DNA from: a virus | Virus record (IMG/VR): IMGVR_UViG_3300037478_000708 | Coordinates: 92,009-156,008 of that record | Length of the DNA stretch: 64,000 nt | Reading direction: 5' to 3' (one strand) | In this document: piece after piece, positions 17,532 to 24,116 of the stretch | Layout of the letters: the number at the start of each line of letters is the position of its first letter | Numbering within the stretch: the stretch's first letter is position 1 | Made by a program: the position numbers and the translations under genes | The notes under the pieces: model-generated | Seen by the model: the letters and a program-made list of their open reading frames with translations, nothing else | What the model was told of the DNA's origin: nothing | The model's database searches: none

Positions 17532-19009
17532 ACACGACCTACGAAGAGGCGGGGGTCATTCCCTCCATCAGCATCGATGCGCTCCTGGCCGCCCGAGACG
17601 GCGCGCACGCGGCGTTCCTCGAGGCCAAGCGGTTGCTCGACGCCGCTGCCGAGCGTCTCCAGGCGTTCGGTGTTCGGCTTCCCGACGTCGAGGTCGAGTT
17701 CCCGGGGAACACGTACCGCTCGCTGCGTGACGAGCGCTACGCGGAGCCGATCGCGAACGAGATCGACCGATTCGTCTGGCTGCAGCTCTTCAAGCTGACG
17801 AACATCGATACGATCATGGACCACAAGACGCGCAACGAGCTGTTCGAGCGGCTCCACCGTTCGCGCGCGTACCTGTCCGATCAAGACGACGCGCTGCCGC
17901 CGCTCACGAAAGAGAACATCGAAGCGACCTTCGCGGCCGTGCACGCGCAGCAAGGCGAGTTCTTCGAGAAGTGCGTCGAATCCGTCTACAACTCGCTGAG
18001 CTGGGATCACAAGACCAACGAGCCCGCGAAGATCGGCGACAAGCTCATCGTCAACGGGGCCTTCTACCAGTGGTCGCGCGCTCTGCAAGGGAACACGGTC
18101 TCGCTGAACAATCACGAGAGCCTGCACGACCTCGAGCGCGTCCTGTGCATCCTCGACGGGCAAGCTCCGCCGACGCACGGTACGGGCCTGCGCGCGCTTC
18201 AGCGGATCCCCTACGGACAGTGGGTCGAGGTGCCGAGTCCCAGCGGCGGCGCTCCGCTGCTTCAGGTCAAGTGCTTCCGCAAGGGCACGACGCACGTTCG
18301 GATCCTGAACACGCGGCATGTCGACGCCATGAACAGGATCATGGCGCACCGGCACCCTGGCGCGATCCCGGAGCCGGCCGAGTCGAAGGCTTCACGCCGT
18401 CGCGGCGAGGCTCAGCGGCCCGTGGCTTCGACGGCCGTCGCGAAGAGCGAGAAGGCCGCGCGTCAGGCGTTCTACACGCCCGAAGACCTCGCGGCCGAGC
18501 TGGTCGAAGCGGCCGGCGTGGGTCGCGGAGATCGCGTGCTCGAGCCCTCGGCCGGTGAGGGCGCGATCGTCCGCGCGGCATTGCGCCGTGGTGCCGCGCA
18601 CGTGACGGCCGTCGAGAACGACCCTCGCGCCGTTGAGCTGCTCGGCTACCTCGCGGAACGCGTGGCCAAACGCGGCCATAACGCGGTGCGCGTCATCGGG
18701 TGCGACTTCTTCGACTTCAAGATCCGGACGCTGGAGGACCGCTTCGACGCCGTGGTCATGAACCCTCCGTTCGCCAACGCGCAGGAGGTCGAGCACGTTC
18801 TCCGTGCCTGGACCTACGTGAAGCCCGGAGGCCGGCTCGTGTCGGTCATGTCGGCTGCCGCGGCGAGTCGTCAGACCGGCCGCTATGGGGCTCTCGCCGC
18901 GTTCCTCGAGAAGCATGGCGCAGAGATCCGACCGCTCGCTCCGGGCGCGTTCAAGGACGCCGGAACGGACGTCAACACCGTCATGGTCATCGTCGAGAAG
19001 CCGGCATGA
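17528..19009 (+). CDS. DUF4942 domain fused to class I SAM-dependent (amino) DNA methyltransferase
   Basis: IPSISIDAL, SLSWDHKTN, L.DLERVL..LDG, F.KGT.H; then FYTP, LEPSAGEG, NPPF. Confidence 0.8.
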   Translation: MNTTYEEAGVIPSISIDALLAARDGAHAAFLEAKRLLDAAAERLQAFGVRLPDVEVEFPGNTYRSLRDERYAEPIANEIDRFVWLQLFKLTNIDTIMDHKTRNELFERLHRSRAYLSDQDDALPPLTKENIEATFAAVHAQQGEFFEKCVESVYNSLSWDHKTNEPAKIGDKLIVNGAFYQWSRALQGNTVSLNNHESLHDLERVLCILDGQAPPTHGTGLRALQRIPYGQWVEVPSPSGGAPLLQVKCFRKGTTHVRILNTRHVDAMNRIMAHRHPGAIPEPAESKASRRRGEAQRPVASTAVAKSEKAARQAFYTPEDLAAELVEAAGVGRGDRVLEPSAGEGAIVRAALRRGAAHVTAVENDPRAVELLGYLAERVAKRGHNAVRVIGCDFFDFKIRTLEDRFDAVVMNPPFANAQEVEHVLRAWTYVKPGGRLVSVMSAAAASRQTGRYGALAAFLEKHGAEIRPLAPGAFKDAGTDVNTVMVIVEKPA

Positions 19010-19245
19010 GTCGCTACACGGGTGCGGGCAGCTACGGTCACCGCGTCAGGTCCACGGCATACCCTGATGAGTTCGTGATTCGCTGGACGTATGACCGCTA
19101 CTACAGCGGGAGCCGCTTGCGCTTCCCGCAATGTCGCGAGAGGTGGACGGACCGCAAGGGAGCGCTGCGCTTCGCGAAGAAGTGGGGTCTTCGCGGAAAG
19201 GACTCCGGCGGCCTGATCCCCGAGAAAGCCGGGCGCCTGACATGA
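19006..19245 (+). CDS. Small hypothetical protein
   Basis: ATGA coupling; SRLRFP...TD..GA.RFAKKW. Confidence 0.55.
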   Translation: MSRYTGAGSYGHRVRSTAYPDEFVIRWTYDRYYSGSRLRFPQCRERWTDRKGALRFAKKWGLRGKDSGGLIPEKAGRLT

Positions 19246-19625
19246 ACGTCTCCGAAGCGATCGCGATCGTCAGCCGGCTCACCTACAAGCCGGGCTGGTC
19301 GCTCCAGGCGTACCCCGAGCCGCACACCGGCGGTCTGATCCTTCGCTTCGGGAAAGACGAGCCTGACAGCGAGAAGGGCGGCGACGCCGTGCGTCCGCTC
19401 ATGTACACGACGCAGATCCCGAAGCAGCGCCTTGATGACTTCTCGCGAGATCTCTTCTTGCGGACCGTCTTCGCTACCGTGACCGCGCGGGAGCTGCACG
19501 AGGTCGAGGAGTGGCTCCGCCTGGATGGGGAGCCGCTCTTCGAGCCGCATCCGGAGACGGGGCACCGTGGCGTCTTGGGGGACGGCACGAGCCTCGTGCC
19601 CGTTCTTCGACATTTCCTCAAGTGA
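19242..19625 (+). CDS. Hypothetical phage protein
   Basis: LTYKPGW...ELHEVEEWLRLDG....EPH. Confidence 0.6.
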   Translation: MNVSEAIAIVSRLTYKPGWSLQAYPEPHTGGLILRFGKDEPDSEKGGDAVRPLMYTTQIPKQRLDDFSRDLFLRTVFATVTARELHEVEEWLRLDGEPLFEPHPETGHRGVLGDGTSLVPVLRHFLK

Positions 19626-19646
19626 CGCGCGGTCGCATGCCGATGA
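19617..19646 (+). promoter_or_regulatory. sigma28-like promoter CTCAAG-N16-GCCGATGA
   Basis: Promoter family member upstream of 19668. Confidence 0.7.
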
Positions 19647-19667
19647 CGTCTGTGGAGGCAACATCCC

Positions 19668-20114
19668 ATGCAGATCGAGATCCCGACCAACAGCAACGTC
19701 TTCCGTCACCTTCGCGACGGGGTGGCCGAAACTCCGGCCCTCACGCTCCCGAAGGCGACCATCTACCTGCCGAACGAGTTCTTCGGCAACTGGGTTCGCG
19801 TCGAGGTGCGCAACCTCGTCGTCTACCAGGCGCAGTACGCGCAGTACCCCTCGGCGTTGCACGTGACGTACGTGCCCAAGGGCAAGCGCAAGGCGCGCTC
19901 GCGGACCTTCGGTGCCTACCCGCGTCTCGTCGTCTACGAAGGCTGGGGAGCCGGTCCGGAGCCCGAGAGCATGCTCGGCGAGCTGCGGCAGGAGGGCTCC
20001 GTCACCGTGCGGTCCTCCCGGCGCGCTTCCTGCGATGCCGGCTGGGACGTGGAGATGCGGCGGCGCGTCGAGGCCGCGGAAGGTCGGCCGGTCTTCTCGG
20101 TGTTCGTGAGCTGA
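19668..20114 (+). CDS. Hypothetical protein
   Basis: GGAGG RBS; YAQY...YVPKGKRKAR. Confidence 0.6.
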   Translation: MQIEIPTNSNVFRHLRDGVAETPALTLPKATIYLPNEFFGNWVRVEVRNLVVYQAQYAQYPSALHVTYVPKGKRKARSRTFGAYPRLVVYEGWGAGPEPESMLGELRQEGSVTVRSSRRASCDAGWDVEMRRRVEAAEGRPVFSVFVS

Positions 20115-20147
20115 GCCCCGATGACGGGACGCTCGGAAGAAAAGGCC

Positions 20148-20177
20148 CTAAAGGTCCGACCGCCGTTCGGTCGATGA
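20148..20177 (+). promoter_or_regulatory. sigma28-like promoter CTAAAG-N16-GTCGATGA
   Basis: Promoter family member upstream of 20200. Confidence 0.7.
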
Positions 20178-20199
20178 GGGAGTATTAGGAGGCAACGTC

Positions 20200-20790
20200 A
20201 TGAGAGTCATCGAAGTCATCCCCGCGCGCCGTTGGCGCAACGTCGTGAACGGCCGCGCCGTGAGCATCTACGGCTGCGTGCCGTGGACGAGCGACGCCGA
20301 GAAGGCCGACTGGACCCTGGAGACGTCCGGTTGGACCTGGCGCAACGACAACGGAACCGTCGGTCTCAGCCGGCCGCCCGCGAAGACGCGCGAAGAGGCC
20401 GAGCAGATCATGCGGACGTTCAACAACCTCGGAGTCGAGTCGGGAGACGGCGTGAAGAAGAGCATGAAGAAGCGACTGACGCCGCAGGAGTCCGCGAAGC
20501 GCCTTCGCAGTCGCCTCAAGAAGAGCTTCCCCGGCGTGAAGTTCTCGGTCCGTCTCTCGCGAGGCACGGCCTACGGCAACGTGAGCGTGCGCTGGTCGGA
20601 AGGCCCGCCCTTCTACGAAGACGTCGCGAAGGTCGCGCTGCCCTACGAGGGCAAGAGCTTCGACGCGATGACGGACTCGACGTCGCACCACGAGCGACCG
20701 ATCGGAACGGAGGACGGAACGGTCCTGCTCTCCGGGCTCGGCTACGTGCTCCTCCACGGCCCCTGGCGAGCGGCGGGAGTGCAGCCGTGA
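20200..20790 (+). CDS. Two-domain protein with C-terminal LPD29-like domain
   Basis: AKRLRSRLKKSFPGVKFSVR...V.WSEGP...FDAMTD. Confidence 0.7.
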   Translation: MRVIEVIPARRWRNVVNGRAVSIYGCVPWTSDAEKADWTLETSGWTWRNDNGTVGLSRPPAKTREEAEQIMRTFNNLGVESGDGVKKSMKKRLTPQESAKRLRSRLKKSFPGVKFSVRLSRGTAYGNVSVRWSEGPPFYEDVAKVALPYEGKSFDAMTDSTSHHERPIGTEDGTVLLSGLGYVLLHGPWRAAGVQP

Positions 20791-21179
20791 GCAAGCCTCT
20801 GATCCACGACGAGCAGGGGCTCCGTGGCGCGACCGTGAACGGCTACAAGGTCCGCGTCTGGGACGACGGCTCAGGTCCCCTGTGGGTCCTGCTGGAGACG
20901 CTAGGCGTCACCGGCATCGTGCGTGCGGAGACCTTGGAGAAAGCCTTCGTCTGCGCCGTGGATGAGATCATGGACGACGCAGATGAGTCCGACCCCGACA
21001 ACCGCCCCGATGAGCACGGCAACCTTCCCGAGGGCCTGCACTACCGCGGGAGCGGCGTCCCCAGCCAAGAAGGGCTGGAGAGCCCTGTGGCGCAGGAGGA
21101 CGTGAACGGCAGCCGCCTGGAGCGTCTGACGCCTGAGCTGGCCGAGGAGCTGCGCGTAGAGGTCGTGCTCTCCACGTGA
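20787..21179 (+). CDS. Acidic hypothetical protein
   Basis: GTGA coupling. Confidence 0.55.
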   Translation: MSKPLIHDEQGLRGATVNGYKVRVWDDGSGPLWVLLETLGVTGIVRAETLEKAFVCAVDEIMDDADESDPDNRPDEHGNLPEGLHYRGSGVPSQEGLESPVAQEDVNGSRLERLTPELAEELRVEVVLST

Positions 21180-21204
21180 TACGCTGACCTCGTTGGGTGG
21201 AAGC

Positions 21205-21225
21205 CCGGTGACAGCGTGTCACTGG
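21205..21225. repeat. Dispersed palindrome copy 2 (CCGGTGACA-GCG-TGTCACTGG)
   Basis: Read directly. Confidence 0.95.
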
Positions 21226-21290
21226 ACATTGCGTGTGCATCGGGGCAACGCGGTCTCGTCAGCCGCGCTTGCCGATTCTCCTGAGTGACG

Positions 21291-21328
21291 AGCGACCCCT
21301 GGAGTCCTGTTCTCCAGGGGTCGTTTTC
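21291..21328 (+). terminator. Intrinsic terminator ending the early operon
   Basis: Stem AGCGACCCCTGGAG/CTCCAGGGGTCGTT followed by a short T run. Confidence 0.65.
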
Positions 21329-21330
21329 GC

Positions 21331-21359
21331 TTCAGTCCCGTTGCCGCCCTGGTCGATGA
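21331..21359 (+). promoter_or_regulatory. sigma28-like promoter variant TTCAGT-N15-GTCGATGA (likely leaderless GGDEF mRNA)
   Basis: -10 element ends 7 nt before GTG 21367. Confidence 0.5.
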
Positions 21360-21366
21360 AGGGTCC

Positions 21367-21861
21367 GTGGAAGACCTGACCAGAACCCAACTGCGGCGCC
21401 GCGTGGCGTTCCTCGAAGAGCGCAATCGCCAGCTCGAATTGCTCGTGAACACGGACGGCCTCACGGGGCTCCTGAACCGGCGTGCGTGCGATCAGTCGCT
21501 CGCGGAGCGTCCCGGGGCGTACGTGATCGCGATCGACCTGAACGGCTTCAAGGCCGCTCAAGACGCGCCTGATCGAGGGCACCCGTGGGGGGATGCCCTA
21601 CTGCGGCGCTTCGCCGACTGGCTGCGCGCGACGACGCGCGAGCACGACTACCTGGCTGCACGGCCGGGCGGGGACGAATTCGTGGTCGTGGCGAGCGCGG
21701 ACGCCGCGGGGGCGCAAGCGGTCGCGGAGCGGGTTCAACAATGGGAAGACTCCGGCGTCACCGCTTCGGCCGGGGTGGGCGCGTCCTGGGACGCGGCCGA
21801 CGCAGCGCTCTACCGCGTGAAGGCCGCGCGGAGGTCGAAGAAGGAACGGGTCGCCGCCTAA
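21367..21861 (+). CDS. Minimal diguanylate cyclase (coiled coil + GGDEF)
   Basis: TDGLTGLLNRR, IDLNGFK, GHPWGD, RPGGDEF, TASAG, ADAALY..K. Confidence 0.9.
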   Translation: MEDLTRTQLRRRVAFLEERNRQLELLVNTDGLTGLLNRRACDQSLAERPGAYVIAIDLNGFKAAQDAPDRGHPWGDALLRRFADWLRATTREHDYLAARPGGDEFVVVASADAAGAQAVAERVQQWEDSGVTASAGVGASWDAADAALYRVKAARRSKKERVAA

Positions 21862-21900
21862 CGATCCGCTCCTCTCGCTCCGGAAAGGAAACCGCAAAGC

Positions 21901-21927
21901 CCCCTTTCGTCTCCCGGACGGAGGGGG
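21901..21927. terminator. GC-rich hairpin downstream of the GGDEF gene
   Basis: CCCCTTTCGTC/GACGGAGGGGG stem. Confidence 0.45.
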
Positions 21928-22160
21928 TAGCGTTGATGCCATGACGGAACCTCGTGTTGCGGAGCGCCCCTGTCAGGGACGCTACGAAGATGGTCGCTGC
22001 ACGGTTTGCGGACACGCCGATGAGGATGCCGCGTTCGGTGCTGCGTGCCGTCGAAACGAATCCGGGTCACCCCGCGAGTTTCGTCATGTTCTGGGGGTGG
22101 CGGGCGACACCGGCTCGCTGCCCCAATGACAACAACCCTGATTCCCTGAGAGGATCCCCC

Positions 22161-22652
22161 ATGCTTCGCGCACTTTCCCACCTCTGTCTGATGGCGGCCA
22201 TGCTCTGCTCGCCGCTGATGCTCCACGCGCAGCTCACGCCCGGCGGCAACGACATCGGCAGCATCCCGGCGGCGGCCCAGAAGGGCACCAAGAAGACCAT
22301 TCACCCGGGCGACTGCCACACCAACGGTGACGGCGTGAAGGTCTGCAACGGAGAGGCCAGCTCCGGCAACGCGACCATCGACCCCAAGGATGGCGACGAA
22401 GCGAGCGCTACGACCGTCGATACGAAGAGCGGTTTCCAGGGCAAGATCGAGGGAACCGACAGCAACGACACCGTGAACCTCGGCAGCGGCAACAAGGCGA
22501 CCGTCTCCGGCAGCGGTTCGACGATCAACGTCTCCGGCGGCTCGACGATCACGGTTCAAAACGCAGCGGGCGGTGGCGACATGACCGTCAACCTCCCGAG
22601 CGGCGATCACGTCTCCGTGCCGGCGGGCTCGTCCGTCGTGGTTCACACCTAG
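22161..22652 (+). CDS. Secreted Gly/Ser/Thr/Asn-rich beta-solenoid-like protein
   Basis: Signal peptide ending LHA|Q; repeated TVNLGSG/TINVSGG strands; GAGGA RBS. Confidence 0.65.
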   Translation: MLRALSHLCLMAAMLCSPLMLHAQLTPGGNDIGSIPAAAQKGTKKTIHPGDCHTNGDGVKVCNGEASSGNATIDPKDGDEASATTVDTKSGFQGKIEGTDSNDTVNLGSGNKATVSGSGSTINVSGGSTITVQNAAGGGDMTVNLPSGDHVSVPAGSSVVVHT

Positions 22653-22661
22653 GTCCGAGCC

Positions 22662-23315
22662 ATGAAGACCCTCGCAGTATTGGCCGTCGTGGTGTCCGTG
22701 CTCATCTTCGCGCACTTCGCGCGTCACTCTGCGAGAGAAGCGCAGGAGCACCGGGCGGTGCTCGCGCGCAGTGAGATTCGCGATGCCGAAAGGGCTCTCA
22801 TTGAGCCGGCTTCGCAAGAGCCCGTGCGCGAGCCTGCCAGCCTTTCTCCCTCGGCTGCTCTTCCCGAAGAGCATGGCAGTCTCGCGCCTTCTTCCACCCA
22901 AGCGGTGCTTCCGGACGTGTCCGCAGAGTGTCTGGAGCTGCACCGCGAGAACGCGACGCTCAAGAAGCGCGTCGAGTGGCTGGAGGTCGAGTTGTCGCTG
23001 TGCGGATCCGAGGTCACCAAGGGTGCGATCGGCGAGTGGCTCTCGGTGCTGCGCATCGACGAGCGGCCCGACGCCGAGACGTTGCGCACGATGGCCTATC
23101 TGCTCGCCGAGTATCCGGGCGTGCGCCTGGCGGTCGAGGAGGGGCTGTGGATCGCTGAACGCGTCAAGGCGAAGGATTGGAAGAGCTGGGCGCCCACGAT
23201 CGACGAGGCGCTCATCATGATGCTCGGCGCAGATCGCATCGCGCGGGAAGTGCCTCCGACGAAGCTGGAGGAGCTGCGCGAAGACTGGCAGGACGAAGGC
23301 TACTTCGACCGCTGA
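22662..23315 (+). CDS. Membrane-anchored coiled-coil protein
   Basis: N-terminal TM helix, ELHRENATLKKRVEWLEVEL. Confidence 0.6.
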   Translation: MKTLAVLAVVVSVLIFAHFARHSAREAQEHRAVLARSEIRDAERALIEPASQEPVREPASLSPSAALPEEHGSLAPSSTQAVLPDVSAECLELHRENATLKKRVEWLEVELSLCGSEVTKGAIGEWLSVLRIDERPDAETLRTMAYLLAEYPGVRLAVEEGLWIAERVKAKDWKSWAPTIDEALIMMLGADRIAREVPPTKLEELREDWQDEGYFDR

Positions 23316-23408
23316 CGCGACGAACGACAACCGGCCGTTACGAGGGCTGTCGGGAACACGCTTCTCGGCAGCCCTTTTCTTCAACCATCCACTGCTACGG
23401 GTTCAGCT

Positions 23409-24116
23409 ATGCAACGGAGAAGGGGCAGGTACGCCGCGTGGGAAGATGCGCGCATCACCGAAGAGTTCGCGCGCACGCGCTTGGAGCAGCTCGCCGACAA
23501 GATCGGACGCGAGCCGGAGAAGGTCGAAGCGCGCGCAGCACTCCTCTTCCAGGGTCCGGAGCGCGCCGGCCCGTGGACGCAAGAGGAGGACGCGCTGCTT
23601 CGGGAGTGCGTCGGAGTCGGTGCGCTGCCCCACGTTGCTGTGCGGTTGCGCCGGTCGACGTGGGACGTGCAGGAGCGCCTGCGGGGGTTGCTCTCAGAGG
23701 CGCAGCGGAGTGAGCCGCTCACGCACGCAGAGCGGCAAGTGCTCAAGCGGGTCTACGGGAGCCGCAAGCTCGACGAGCTGCGCGTGATCTTCGGTCGACG
23801 CGGGGAAGTGATCGAGTCGACCGCCGCGCAGATGTACCTCGCGAAGGACAAGGCTTTCGTGCGGAGCATCGGCGGGTCCTCCCGCATGCCGCGCTGGTCC
23901 GACGAGGAAGAGACCTTGCTGCGCAAGTGCTACGCGCAGAGTTCCAATGTTGAACTGGCGTCTCTGCTCGGTCGGTCGGTAAAGTCCATCATCGCGAAGG
24001 CCAGTTCGATGGGCTTGAAGAAGGGGCCGGAACGGCTGCGCGCGATGGGACAAGAGAACATTAGACTTCGATACAGGAAAAAGACACCGGATGTTCACGA
24101 TCGACGCGGCGCTTGA
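23409..24116 (+). CDS. Tandem Myb/SANT-like HTH repeat DNA-binding protein
   Basis: GPWTQEEDALLR, RWSDEEETLLR...ELASLLGRSVKSI; about 4 repeats. Confidence 0.7.
   Translation: MQRRRGRYAAWEDARITEEFARTRLEQLADKIGREPEKVEARAALLFQGPERAGPWTQEEDALLRECVGVGALPHVAVRLRRSTWDVQERLRGLLSEAQRSEPLTHAERQVLKRVYGSRKLDELRVIFGRRGEVIESTAAQMYLAKDKAFVRSIGGSSRMPRWSDEEETLLRKCYAQSSNVELASLLGRSVKSIIAKASSMGLKKGPERLRAMGQENIRLRYRKKTPDVHDRRGA

Noticed and set aside
21878-21940. Resemblance to a c-di-GMP-I (GEMM) riboswitch right after the GGDEF gene (GAAA, CGCAAAGC, TAGCG, TGCC)
   Set aside because: Lacks the 5' GGNAAA/P1 strand and the tetraloop receptor, and a simple terminator-like hairpin explains it. An Infernal search with the c-di-GMP-I model would settle it.
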